A stretch of DNA of 50,208 nucleotides. It comes from Octopus bimaculoides. Taxonomy: Eukaryota. The notes beneath the pieces were generated by a model that saw only the letters and a list, made by a program, of their open reading frames with translations, was not told the origin of the DNA and searched no databases. Positions within the stretch are counted from its first letter, which is position 1. Each line of letters starts with the position of its first letter. Location of the stretch: assembly GCF_001194135.2 (NCBI RefSeq), contig NC_068994.1:38706467-38756674 (forward strand). Reading direction: 5' to 3'. Below are positions 1-12,891 of the stretch, in pieces. The translations under genes and the position numbers were made by a program.

Positions 1-229
1 ATATATATATATATATATACACATATGTATATATATAACCATTCTTTTTGTCAGTGTAAGAATGTCTTCATTCATCTCTGCCTCTGTGGCTGTCTCTGAG
101 TGTGTGTGTGTGTGTGTGTGTGTGTTTGTTTGTGTGTGTATATATATATATATGTACATGTGCACATATGCATATATGCACATACATATATATGTCTATT
201 TTACTTAATTGTTGTTCAACTCTTTCTAA

Positions 230-292
230 TTCCATTTTCTCACTCTACTGTTCTTACTTTATCTCTCTCTTTTACCTATTCTTTAATTTTTC

Positions 293-331
<39 letters not shown>

Positions 332-750
332 TCTTTCTCTCGCTCTCTCCCCCTCTCTCACTCTTTCTCTGTCATTGTCTATCTTTCTCACCTTCCTTAC
401 TTCTCTCCTCCAAACTTCCTCTTCTAATCACTTATTCAAAAAGTCCTCACTTGTTTTCATTCACCTTCTCCATTTCCCCTTGTTTCTATTCTATTCTTAA
501 ACATTACTTCCTTCATTCTTCTTTCTTTAGATCTCATTCTTTTATTCAAATCTCCCCAACCATTCTTTTTTTTCACTGTCTCCATCTGTTTGTAAACTCT
601 TCCCCTTTTCAATCTCCTTCTCCCCACTTTCTCATTCTCTCCATCTTCTTCCACTCTTTCTGTTTCTTTTATCTCTGCAAGTTAACTCAAGCTTTTTTTC
701 CTTCTATATCTTTATCTACTAATCTATCTTGTTTCCCCTTTCTTTCTTCA
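230..750 (+). repeat. Pyrimidine-rich (CT)n low-complexity tract
   Basis: Strong C/T strand skew with a (CT)n core at about 295-360. Confidence 0.85.
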
Positions 751-1802
751 GTGTAAATACACAGTTTGAATCTCTGAAGAAATGATTTCTTGAATCATAA
801 CGCTCCAGTGGCTATCGCGTCTGCCACCATTGTAACAACTTGCTGTGCCAATTCATTAAGGTATTGGAAGTTTACTTCATTTTATGCTGTAATGAGCATT
901 TGTAATTAAGAAAGTAATTGCTTCTGCTGGTTTTGTCAGCCACGAGTGGGATTTATCTTGTCTTTACATCGCAGCAAGAAGCCTCTATTTATCTTACCGC
1001 AACTCGTTTTGGTATTAGAACAAAATAGTCAGATAAATGAATAGATAGATAAATAAATAAATAAATGAATAAATACATAAATAAAAAGTTTTTTTTTTAC
1101 AAAAACAAAAGAACAAAAAGATATAAATACTCTTTGTAGTATTTGTTGTAAAGAGAAATCAGAGTAAAAGAAAGTTAAGTCAATAATAAAATTTAAATAA
1201 GAAAAGCACAATAATGAAACAGTGATTTCTAGATAAGTGAATAATAATTTATTTTATGGTTCAAATTGTTACAGATGGTAGGGAACAAAATAACAGTGAA
1301 TAGAGAGAAGCAGTAAAGAAACAAACAAAAAAGAAAAAAAACGACAATGAGTAACTGATAGAACAAGATGGCAGCAATAAGATTTTCCAATATTAAATGG
1401 AAATTTCCAAAGAATGTGTTTGAAAGTAGAAGCATTTGTTTACTTAATTTGAAACCCTAATTTAATCTAGAGTTTGAAACAGAAGTAACAGCTATACCAA
1501 AGTTGCAAAAGTTTCTGCCCTCCAGAAAATATCTGCCAAAGATGGGTGAAAGGGGTAAAACTGGTACTGTGAAATGGGCCTGCACAAACTATGCCAGCTA
1601 TTGACTAGTGGCAAGATCAGAGAAAAGGCATTTGCCTTTGGTTTGGTATGTCTAAGTAATCTGGGGTTGGGAGTTGTGTGTGTGTGTTCTCAATTCACAA
1701 TATATCAGAGCCTTCTTTTCACCCCTACCATCATTTTGGAGATCCTTTTTCATTTATTTTAAAGATTTTACTGTTAATTCTATTTATTACCATCTATTTA
1801 TA

Positions 1803-2700
1803 AAGACGCTGAATTGGTAGAATCATGAGACCATTGGAAACTGCGTTTTGTAATATTTGTTCCAGCTCTTTACATTCTGAGTTCAAATCCTGCTGGAGTC
1901 AACTTAACTTTCCATTCTTTTGGAGATCAAGAAAATAAATTACTAATCGATAGTATCAACTAAACCTATCCCCTCAATCGATAGTATCAGCTATGCCAAC
2001 CCCCTCAATAATTACAGGCTCATGTGTCAAAATTACAAGCAATTATCTATTCATTTATTTGTCTTTATTGTCTGAACCAATGCCTCCATGGAAACACTTG
2101 AAGTAAAAACCAGACAAACTTATTGTTAACTCAGACTCGTATACATAATTAATCCCTCACTGTTTCTTGTTTGTCTCTTTCTGTGTATTTCCTTTTTGTA
2201 CTGTCTTCCATCAACTCGAGCTCTTGTGGAGTGTTAAACATCTTGAATTCTTGTTAAGAGTGTAGAACAAAATACCTTGCAGCATTAGACAGGTTTCTAA
2301 ACCATCCAAATTCAAATCTTATCAAGGCCAAACTTGCCTCTCTAAATTGCTACCCCTGGTGACAAAATTAGAAAGAATTATTATAATGCCTTCTAGAATT
2401 TGTTTTGGCCTTGTTATATTTTTTGTTAAAATTTAGAGGTTGACTTCACCATTCAAACTCTCTAGGGTTGATAAAGTAAAGTACCACTCAAGAACTGGGG
2501 TTGATGGTGTCAAATAACTCACACCTCCAAATTTCAGGCTTTGTGTTCATCATCATCATTGTCAGCTATGTTCTGAGTCCAAATTCGACTTTGCCTTTCA
2601 GGGTTGATAAATTAAGTACCAATGAAACACTAGGGTCGAATTAGTTAACTTATCCCCTCCCCTAAATTTCAAGCCTTGTGCCTTTAGTAGAAATCCTCTA
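1803..2700 (+). mobile_element. Several decayed family C SINE copies
   Basis: Recurrent TTCTGAGTTCAAATCC, GACTTTGCCTTTCA, GGGTTGATAAA.TAAGTACCA and CCAAATTTCAGGC.TTGTG at about 1870, 2300, 2450 and 2570. Confidence 0.65.
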
Positions 2701-5689
2701 GCAGAAAGAGTTACTATTGCTATTGTTGTTGTTGTTGATAGTGGTGGTGTTGTTATTGTTGTTGTTCAATAGGTTTGACATATGCTCAAAACAGATACTT
2801 CTAAAGATATACATGCATTATGTGTGTGTGTGTATCGGTGTGTATTTATATATGGATGTATTTCTGTTGTATCAATATATGTATATATATATATNNNNNN
2901 NNNNNNNNNNNNNNNNNNNNNNNNNNNNNNNNNNNNNNNNNNNNNNNNNNNNNNNNNNNNNNNNNNNNNNNNNNNNNNNNNNNNNNNNNNNNNNNNNNNN
3001 NNNNNNNNNNNNNNNNNNNNNNNNNNNNNNNNNNNNNNNNNNNNNNNNNNNNNNNNNNNNNNNNNNNNNNNNNNNNNNNNNNNNNNNNNNNNNNNNNNNN
3101 NNNNNNNNNNNNNNNNNNNNNNNNNNNNNNNNNNNNNNNNNNNNNNNNNNNNNNNNNNNNNNNNNNNNNNNNNNNNNNNNNNNNNNNNNNNNNNNNNNNN
3201 NNNNNNNNNNNNNNNNNNNNNNNNNNNNNNNNNNNNNNNNNNNNNNNNNNNNNNNNNNNNNNNNNNNNNNNNNNNNNNNNNNNNNNNNNNNNNNNNNNNN
3301 NNNNNNNNNNNNNNNNNNNNNNNNNNNNNNNNNNNNNNNNNNNNNNNNNNNNNNNNNNNNNNNNNNNNNNNNNNNNNNNNNNNNAATGCTAAATTTATTT
3401 CGAGGAAGATTTTAACTCTGAATACTTACTGATGGGTTTTTGATGAAGAACAAACCAAATCTAAGATATTTTATTGTTTACCAGATAATATAAACTGACA
3501 GGTAGACAAGAAAAAACATAAAAAATATATTAAAACCCCCGCCCCCCCAAAAAACCAACTAAAATTGATTTAAGCAAATAACAGGAATTGAACAAATATA
3601 TATAAAAAAAATTTCTACAGCTTTTAAAACCTAAAATTCTATGGAAAAAGGCTGCTACTATAACAATATCTTTTAAGAGATGTAGCTATAATTCTTGGGT
3701 TGTATTGAAAAGAATTTTAAGAGTTCTTTTTGTTTTTTGTTTTCTGGTTTTGAAAAAAAGATTTGTTGTAGGTTCAAAGACTCGATGCACAATACATGTG
3801 ATCATATAGGCAATAAAACATATGACATCTTTCAGAGAGTTAGCTATCTTTGTTGTTTTATTTTTGACTTAAAAGTGACCAAAGCTATAAAGTTAAAGAG
3901 GAGAGTAGAATAACTGTTTGGTTGATATATTCAACATTAAAAGGAATGCTCAGATATAATAGAGATAAAAGAGGTAGTTAATGATATAAACAATAGGACA
4001 GGGGGAAAAGAGAGAAAATGTGAGTGAAGTTTGACTAATTGGAAGGTAATGTGTGGAGACTAAAAGAGGAGACATACAGAACAGAAGACTCGAGGAAACA
4101 AAATTGATCTTTCACTGAATGATAATGATAAACTGGAAGATATCAAAATATCTGCCAAGCATTGAAACATGATAGCAATCATGACAGAAGCAAGAAAACT
4201 AGTTGGAAATATATAAATATAGCTAGAGGGAACATAATACCGATTTAATTCAGTGAATGGGAAAGAATTCAAAGTGAACAAATTTGGCAGATGCAAAGAT
4301 GGGAGGAAATAAGACAAGAAAAGACAGATGGAAAAAAAAAAAAATTGGAAGAATGAAAAATTTGTGTATCAAACATGTGTATCTTATAAAAGGTCTGGGT
4401 AATAACAATATCAATGGTCTAGCATCAACTAAGAAGTAGGTAGTAGACAATTTATATCAAGACTGAAAATTAGATGACTAAAAGTGATTATGTATATTAG
4501 ACCATTAATGGTAATTATGAAGTTTAGTCAGATGAAAGGGATGTGAGGTGTTGGAGAAATTAAGGCAATATTGAATAGTAGACAACTAATTTGATTTCAG
4601 ATTATTGACAGAAATGGTGAAAGATGTACATATAAGCTGTTAAGGCACTGATGGTAATGTTGAAATTAGCTTAAAGAGGAATTTTGACGTCTTATAACAA
4701 AGAATACTAATAGTAAAACAGAAAATATTTTGTTGAAAAGAAATAAAAATAGCAAAAAGAGAAAATTTAAACTAATGGCAACAATACTAAAACATTGACT
4801 GAATATATTCAGAGTAGATGTTTGGAATTTAAATATAATTGTGAGACAGCTAAAATAATGGGTTAATGGACACTGTGCTTTACAATATTTAGTTTCATCT
4901 ACCTCGGATCAGAGTTTAAATCCTATTAGAGTCAAACTTTACTTTTATTTTGCCTCCATTTGTTCAGTACTTACACATTATTTATTAGTAGTGTGCTGGA
5001 GTTAATTTAGGCAGCTACACCTAATTTTCAAACAAACCAAAAATAGGTATGTTGTTTGTCAAAGAAATTATCATTCTTAGCATTTTTGTATCTGTTTCCT
5101 AGGCAATAATATATTGTTGGAAAAATATGTTTTAGAATTTGGTGGTTCTTTTTTTTCTATCCTGGCAACCACTAAATTCTTTAGAAAAGGAAAAATTTGA
5201 TAGAAACGACCATTAAAGCCAGAAGAAACTTTTAACTCATTACCTATTTTAACTTTTTGTTTTTGTTTTTGTTTTTTTTTAACATTTAGTCTGAATAAAG
5301 CAGTTGTGAACATGACTTTGCAGCCCTTCCTTGACTGGTGAGGTTGGACATGAAGCAATTCCAGAGGGATGATATTATGGAGACAAAGGATTTGGAATAG
5401 GGTTTAGTACAGAGCCAAAAGAAGGTAGACTCAATATGGATGACGAGAGGAAAAGAGAGGAATGGGTTGGTAGAACCTTAGTGGATGCTACAGAGATCAT
5501 TCAGCAAACTGTGACAAGCTGACTGATTGCATTTTGATGTGGTTGAACAACTAATACCAACTAGTCAGGATTCACTGTATGAGTTGTACTATTCATCCTT
5601 TCAATCAGTGAATACAAAACGAGGCTCATGAGACCTCTGTTTGGGAGATTTCCTTGAATCAACATCACATCCTTGTATACCCATCCATT

Positions 5690-5822
5690 CATTTAAAGCT
5701 GAGTGGACTGGAATAATGTGAAAGGGGATGTCTAGCTCAAGAACATAGTGCACAACCTGTTTGGGAATCATAAACATGATCTTGCAATCATGTGTGCAGC
5801 ACCCTAACCACTAAGTCACACA
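5690..5822 (-). mobile_element. Partial SINE head, same type as 8565-8886
   Basis: GCTGAGTGGACTGGA and CACCCTAACCACTAAGTCAC match the inverted head and middle of that family. Confidence 0.6.
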
Positions 5823-6214
5823 AAAAATTAGCAACTACTGTAGTACAGTTGAAAAGTCTGAGAGAGGAGAAACAGAAGGTCTGTATGTCAGAGGTTAGAA
5901 CCTATTTGTGACTAACTCCATAACAATCAGTACAATTAGAATAGCTAAGCTGATATAATATTAATTTACAAGCTTACACATATTAGGTTTGTCTCTATTG
6001 AAGACATTGTCATGTATTAGTGTAATATATTAGACACTATATGTATCTGTTGTTGAGATTAAATGAAAAGACTTCTAGGAATACTCCATGAGATAGACAA
6101 GCATTCTATCCAGGAGAACATTTTGTATCATCTATTACATCAGAAAATCCAGAGCTGCACACTGGGTCTTAAAAACCTCTTCTACCACCACCACCACCAC
6201 CACCACCACTGTCA

Positions 6215-6325
6215 TAAAAAGCAAAGTTAACCTTAGCAGATATTGAACTCAGAACATAAAGAGCCAGAAGAAATGCTGCTAAGCATTTTGTTTAGTGTGG
6301 TAACGATTCTGCCAACTCGCTAACT
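6215..6325 (-). mobile_element. Family C SINE head, inverted
   Basis: GCAAAGTTAACC..TTGAACTCAGAAC..GAAATGCTGCTAAGCATTTTG..ACGATTCTGCCAACTCGC. Confidence 0.7.
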
Positions 6326-6811
6326 TCATAATGAAAATAATAATAATTCCATATTATAATGAATGTATTATTGTATTATCAACAGCGCTAGAATTGTAAT
6401 TGTTTTCCATTTATCTTCATTAACAAGTGCAGTTGCAAGTGCATAACATTAGCATAAAGTGGATTAATTCTCATAGCTATTAAAGTTAAGGGAATAATCT
6501 GAATTCTATTTGCTGGAATTATACAACCAGATGTCCTTCATAATGTCAATCACAAACTGGGGGCAGCATCTTAATTTATTTAAGTATACAGGGCATGCAC
6601 CTCAATGTGCCTTTTTCGAAGGACAGCTAATTAAAAAATTTGTAAAAGGATTTCAACTCATAGCCGATAGGTCAGCAGACAAAGATATTGACCACTCAGC
6701 CAGTATATACCACAACAGTATGATATTACTTATTCTTACCACTGGCTATTATACTGCACATTGGTGTCATTTCCAGAGTTGACAGCTTAGAAAAATTTCT
6801 GCCTGTTTGCT

Positions 6812-6877
<66 letters not shown>

Positions 6878-7299
6878 GATGGTGATGATGATGATGATGA
6901 TGATGATGATATTCTTTTATTTGCTTGATGAGTATCAGATGAGGGTGACATTTCAAGGAAAGTTTTATAATTTGTATAGGAATTTACATAAAAAGATGAA
7001 AGGGTAAAGGGAGTATGGAAGGTGGAGATGAAAAGTATACATAGCATACAAAATATGTGAACACATGGATAATGTAGTCCTTCTGATACAGGAGAACCTC
7101 TAACTAAGGCCCATTGAGAAACACCACAGATTCAGGATCATTTGATCACCAAGGGCACGTGCCCTTGTCCATCGACAAGTACACGCATCTCCAATCTGCA
7201 AGTACATGCATATAGTAATTCCATTCACCCTAACCATTTTCACCACAGTCGTCCAATTTTTGACAAATTTACTGCGTGAGAACTCCCCTAGATATCTTC

Positions 7300-7545
7300 A
7301 CTTTCTTTCCAAATGGAATTTTAAAAAAAACAGTCAATTTAAAAAAAAAAAAAACTGAATATAACAATGTCTGTACTCAACTGTTAAAATCGAACTGCAC
7401 TCTTCAAAACTTGCACTAAGAATAAGTGCAAGGAGAAATTAATACCTGCTTTTATAGTAAGTTGATGCAGGTAGTTTATCTCGCCCCACTCTGACTTTTA
7501 TTTCATGCAATTGAAAAAAACCACATTATTTATGGGATGATCCAA
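7300..7545 (-). mobile_element. Probable end of a mariner-family element (single TIR plus sub-terminal region)
   Basis: CATTATTTATGGGATGATCCAA-TA at 7524-7547 matches the TIR of the 22572 mini-element. No partner TIR was seen and the inner boundary is uncertain. Confidence 0.45.
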
Positions 7546-8147
7546 TATATACATATTTGTGTGTATTTTCAATGGTTGACAAGTTCAAAAACTGTTTTCT
7601 TGCCAATCAAAGAAAGATTATTCTAAGAGTGAATTAATATTCAATACATAATCATTAGTTCAACAGAATATATTTTGTTTCACCTGTGCTTCTTCTGGAA
7701 CCAGAGAGCAATACTTAGAGAAGCTAATTTTAAAGCTAAAATTAAACAAGTACCAGAAGTTGAAACCATTATTAAAGATGCATTGTGGCACATATATAAG
7801 GAAATTAATGATCAATGAAAGCAAATGCTAAAGATGAGAGTAAGACTGTAATAGAGATAGAAGCAGTAATTGTATGTGTGTGTGTGTGTGTGTGTGCATG
7901 CGCATCCTGTGGGTTAACAAGGCTACTATTGGTTTCATGCTGAGAGAAAATTTCTCAGCAATTATGAAGCCTGTCTCATGGGATGTTGATCGTCTCCAGG
8001 CCTGATAATTGTTGAGAAATATTATCTTGGTCTGAAAGTCTGAAACTAATGATAGCCTTGTTAAATGAGAAACGAAGAATGTTTATTCACCAATGCAGTG
8101 TTGAGCACTCATTTTTACTGTTTGATATTAGAATGTGTGCGTGTATG

Positions 8148-8266
<119 letters not shown>

Positions 8267-8274
8267 TTATGATG

Positions 8275-8496
8275 TGTGTGTCTGTGTTTTTCCTCTCCCT
8301 GCTGTCATCACTTGACAAGCAATTCTGGTGTGTTTATATCTCTGGAAGTTAGCTGTTCAGCAAAACAAACCAATAGAATAAGTACTAGGCTTATAAAGAA
8401 TAAGTCCTGGGGTCAATTTCTTCGACTAAAACCTTTTATGGAAGTGCTCCAGCATGGTCTCAGTCAAATGAACTGAAAAAACAAGTAAAAGATAAA

Positions 8497-8500
<4 letters not shown>
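8275..8500 (+). mobile_element. G-type SINE tail after (TA)n
   Basis: AATAGAATAAGTACTAGGCTTATAAAGAATAAGTCCTGGGGTCAATTTC..GTGCTCCAGCATGG..CAGTCAAATGAACTGAAA..AAGTAAAAG. Confidence 0.8.
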
Positions 8501-8539
<39 letters not shown>

Positions 8540-8564
8540 ATGTATATACATATATACTCTCTGA

Positions 8565-8886
8565 GAAGGTGCATGACTCAGTGGTTAGTGTAATCAGTTC
8601 ATGATCATAAAGACACGAGTTCAGTTCCCCATGGCACATTGTGTACTTTAAGCAGAGGCACTTTATTTCTCACTACTCCAGTCCACTCAGCTGGTAAAAA
8701 GGAGTTTTACCTGTATATCAAAAGACCAGCCTTGTCACCTTGTGTGTCACACTGAATCTCCTCAAGAACTGCATTAAGGATATGCATGTCTGTGGATTGC
8801 TCAGCCATTTGCACATTGATTTCACAAGCAGGCTGTTCTGTTAATTGGATCAACTGGAACCCTTGTCATCATAACTGACAATGTGC
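8565..8886 (+). mobile_element. tRNA-derived SINE sharing the family A 3' half but with a different head
   Basis: Head GCATGACTCAGTGGTTAG...GAGTTCAGTTCCC. The 3' part ACCTGTAT...CCAGCCTTGTC...GTCTGTGGA.TGCTCAGCCA.TTGCACATT...GGATCAACTGGAACCC aligns with 21820-21975. Confidence 0.82.
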
Positions 8887-9256
8887 TAGTTATTTTGTCT
8901 CCCCACCTATCCTTTTCAAAGAAAAGTGTATTAACAAAACATTAAAGACTTTTATTCTGAGCATAGACCTAATACTCCCCGTTTGCTTGTTTTTTGACTT
9001 TGTCTTCATATCCTTTTAATATTTTTGCATCATATGTATATACAGATATATAATTTCTTTCTTTCCTTTTCAGCAAATGTAACTTATAAATGAGGTTCTC
9101 TAAACATTGTTCTTTAGTTTCAAGATTCATATATAATTATTCTGGTAGCCATGGGTGAAGCATATATTTTGTCAAACTAATGATTATGGATTAAAAATTC
9201 ATACACACACACATACACACATGCACACACACATGTATATAATATATATTTATATA

Positions 9257-9487
9257 AAGCACCATCCGAATGTGGTCGATGCCAGCTCCCTCTGGCTCCT
9301 GTGCTGGTGGCATGTAAAAAGTACCCACTACACTCTTGGAGTGGTTGGTGTGAGGAAGGGCATCCAGCTGTAGAAACACTGCCAGATCATATTGGAGCCT
9401 GGTGCAACCTCCTGGCTTCCCAGACCCCCAGTTGAACCGTCCAACCCATGCTAGCATGGAAAACAGACGTTAAACGATGATGATGAT
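9257..9487 (+). mobile_element. 3' end of an RTE-like retroposon (family D), (GAT)n tail
   Basis: GCTGGTGGCATGTAAAAAG..GTGGTTGG.GT.AGGAAGGGCATCCAGCTGTAGAAA..CCAACCCATGCTAGCATGGAAAACAGACGTTAAACGATGATG, recurring at 35715, 36000 and 38295. The RTE assignment is recalled, not searched. Confidence 0.7.
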
Positions 9488-9766
9488 ATATATATATATA
9501 TATATATANNNNNNNNNNNNNNNNNNNNNNNNNNNNNNNNNNNNNNNNNNNNNNNNNNNNNNNNNNNNNNNNNNNNNNNNNNNNNNNNNNNNNNNNNNNN
9601 NNNNNNNNNNNNNNNNNNNNNNNNNNNNNNNNNNNNNNNNNNNNNNNNNNNNNNNNNNNNNNNNNNNNNNNNNNNNNNNNNNNNNNNNNNNNNNNNNNNN
9701 NNNNNNNNNNNNNNNNNNNNNNNNNNNNNNNNNNNNNNNNNNNNNNNNNNNNNNNNNNNNNNNNNN

Positions 9767-9813
<47 letters not shown>

Positions 9814-11254
9814 TGCACATGTGCACATGCATTTGTATGTGTGTGTGAGTGTGTGTGTGAGTGTGTGTGTGTGTATACAAAGCAAACCTCTGAAACACAC
9901 AGTCATGTTTTATCCATGGTCTTTCTATTTTTATTTCTGCTATATGATTGGTCAGTTACAAATATTATGAATACTATTAGAAACCATTGTTCACATTATT
10001 TTAATTAATCAAGGATAATGGTTTGGTGGAAGGCACTGGACAATGAACTAAGTAAACATCTTAACTGACATGGCTTTTCATCCCTCCAGAGTTAATAAAA
10101 TAATGTCTGGGTGTGTCCCAATGTCAACTCAATTGATTATATCTCTTCCCTATATATGTGTGTTTCTGAATCAATATGGAAAAATAAAATCTGATATGAC
10201 TGTGTCCTACTGTAAATGCCGTGTTGTATTTATTCTCATCCCTTTGTCAACGGTATTTAAAATATTTACAAATCCTTTGCCTTAGACCATTATTATTTTT
10301 CTTGTAAATATAATTCTAAGTGCATTGATGGGAAAAATGACCAGAACAGTTGGTAGAAATAGAACCATTAAATTAAATACCTTACAGGTTTGCTGATTTG
10401 TGTTCAGAGTAAATATCCTGACTATCAATAATAAGTGTGATTTCTACACTCGCTGCCACCGAGATGAGACAATCCAAAAACAACATTGCATTAGAAATCC
10501 AAATACTGTCACACCCTTAGAATAAATAACTGATGCAACAATCATCACTTCAATCAAGACTAAAATCAAAAAATAAAAGAAAATTGCAAAATCAAAGAAT
10601 CTTGGTGAAGCAAATGGAAGGAACACCCTCCCAATGATAGTTACCGGGTTGAAGATCACACTGAATCCCTGCTTGGTTTCTCTCCTCTAACCATAACATG
10701 TGAACATATACAGGTAGGTAGAATAGCAGCTAACTTACATGAATCCCTTATAAGTAAGTTATTCCCAGTAACTGGCTACCTTGACTCTATGCACATCCAG
10801 AACAATTCACCGAACTGGCGTAACATACATCAATTTGATTTCGATATAAATTTGGAAGTACGAGAGATGCTATATGAAACAACAACAATCTTATCATCAG
10901 GGCTAGTGCCAGGGTATTTACCACCCTAGGTAAGGACTACAATGCATGCATTATCTCTTTGTCCTGACTGTTAAATACAAGCAAGGAGCAGTACTTTATG
11001 ATATATTACTCATGGAAGTTGTCTCTATAGATCTTCCTTAGAAACTAGAGTCAGCAGTGGAAGTTACATCGTTTCATATATGAATACACTTATGAAAGCA
11101 ATGTGATCGAATACAGAAAAATAGGTAATGGACGTATATACATATTTCAGTCCTTGCTCCTTCTTCATTCAGCCCCACATCCAACCCATTAACCATCCAT
11201 GAACACATTGCTTAAATAACCATTAAAAATAGTGGTATAAGATAATTGGATATA

Positions 11255-11474
11255 CAGGGTGTCCACAAAGTCTTTAGACAACTTAACTTCAAAAAGTCAT
11301 TACAAAAATCATTGTTAAAATCTTAGAAGAGGAAGAAATAAATTTTTGTTGCATATAAATATGTTATAATTAAAGTTTTTATTAATGATTTTTAAAGTTT
11401 TATTAATGTTATCCAGTTTCCGTTGTTATTTTAATAAATTTTTCTTCTTGTCTAATGACTTTGTGGACACTCTG
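11255..11474. mobile_element. Tc1/mariner-type MITE (220 bp), 27-bp TIRs, TA target duplication
   Basis: CAGGGTGTCCACAAAGTCTTTAGACAA versus the right-end reverse complement CAGAGTGTCCACAAAGTCATTAGACAA (2 mismatches), with TA on both sides. Confidence 0.9.
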
Positions 11475-12259
11475 TATATAATGTACAATATCATGTTAGT
11501 TTAGTTTGTGATGATTCAGCTTTCTTCTACTGCTAAAACATTAGTCAAACAACTATAACAATTTTTCATTGTCAGATGTGAAAATTAGGGCAAAGGTTAA
11601 AAGAATATTTATCACCACCTAAACGTAGGAGTTCTATAAGAACAGATGGTACTGCAGAATTGTCTGCTCTTATAGAACACCTACTTTTAGGTGGTGAGAA
11701 ACATAACTTCTCAGTATAAATACAGATTTCATCTCTAATAGAGATATTCTTAACAAACTAGTTTACTTGGTTAAAAGTATGTATGCTGCATAATTTTTTC
11801 TGGTATCCCCATGTTTTGTGCCTTCTTTGCCTGATGGATAATGTTGGGTCTTCCAATTATTGGTGGTGGTTGTTACTGATGTACCACTCAAACCAAAGAA
11901 ACTGTTTCTATTGGTTATACTAATACTGATGCTATCTGTCACCCTTCTTTTTTCTGGTGACAAGAAGAATAATTGCACTCACAAAGCACAAATCTGGACC
12001 AGATTCTAAAGGTAACTTGTTCAGTGTCATTACAATTCCATCAATCTACCATCCTGGACTGGTATTTTATCTATCAACTCTGGAAGGAGGAAAAGCAAAG
12101 TTGACTCTGAGCACAAGGAATCAGAACAAATACTACAAAGCATTCTATCCTACATGTTAGTGACTCTGCCAATTCATTGTCTTTTATTCCAGAAAATTTA
12201 TCAGAACAAATGGAAGAAACAGTAATATTAAAATACATACTTTATTAGTCCATGTAGTG

Positions 12260-12550
12260 TCAGTATTGCTGAGTGACTAAGAAGTTTGGCTTGCAATTAT
12301 GAAGACCGAGGTTCAATCCCACAGTAAGATATATTGGGCAAATGTAATTTTCTATAATCTCATGTCAACCCATACCTTGCATGTGCAACTGAGTATATAG
12401 AAATTGTATGGAAGCCCTTTAAGTAGATTGTGCCTTGTTGCATACTGTATTATGCTGATTCTGCTTGAGACTTATGGTAAGAAAACATTTGTCAATGAAA
12501 TACTCACCCACTTAAATGTTGATTCAAGAGCAGCTAATTTAGGTGACTGA
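12260..12550 (+). mobile_element. Decayed SINE: B-like head joined to A-like tail
   Basis: GGTTCAATCCCAC..TTGGGCAAATG..TAGAAATTGTATGGAAGCCC, then GCCTTGTTGCATACTG..CTGATTC..GAGA.TTATG..ACTCACCCACTT. Confidence 0.55.
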
Positions 12551-12824
12551 ACAACTGAATATTCATTGTCAAATGATGGAGATACACCAGTACTACCACA
12601 TATCCTCCCTACTAATAATTATTACAATTTCTTCACTTCACCTTTATAAAGATATGACCGCTCAAAAGTAGTAACCTTGTATTACAAACACAAATATTAT
12701 ATCATATGAAAATAAGCACCAGATTTTAAAAACAAATCCTGACTAAAGCCTTGAAGATGGAGCCTCAGCATTCAAACTTACAACGTAAAGAGCTGGAAGA
12801 AAACACAGACACACAAACATACAC

Positions 12825-12891
<67 letters not shown>

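Noticed and set aside
752-860. Plus-strand exon-like segment (TTCTTCAG ... AAG/GTATTG)
   Set aside because: All three frames contain stops, and the minus-strand reading (LNELAQQVVTMVADAIATGAL) has no usable acceptor in frame. A non-coding exon cannot be excluded.
3950-4750. Purine-rich stretch resembling a decayed LINE ORF2 (similar at 5280-5500 and 44850-45420)
   Set aside because: No diagnostic RT or endonuclease motif could be read in any frame, so it is left unannotated.
10820-10910. Minus-strand CTGATGA ... CGAAA with a small TCA/TGA stem
   Set aside because: Stem II is not closed (T opposite C), the cleavage position would be G, and there is no stem I pairing.
11763-11960. Minus-strand exon candidate after TTCTTCTTGTCACCAG (KRRVTDSISISITNR...)
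   Set aside because: Weak or absent donor, low-complexity peptide and no recognisable homology. Phase compatibility with the 20 kb exon is not enough evidence.
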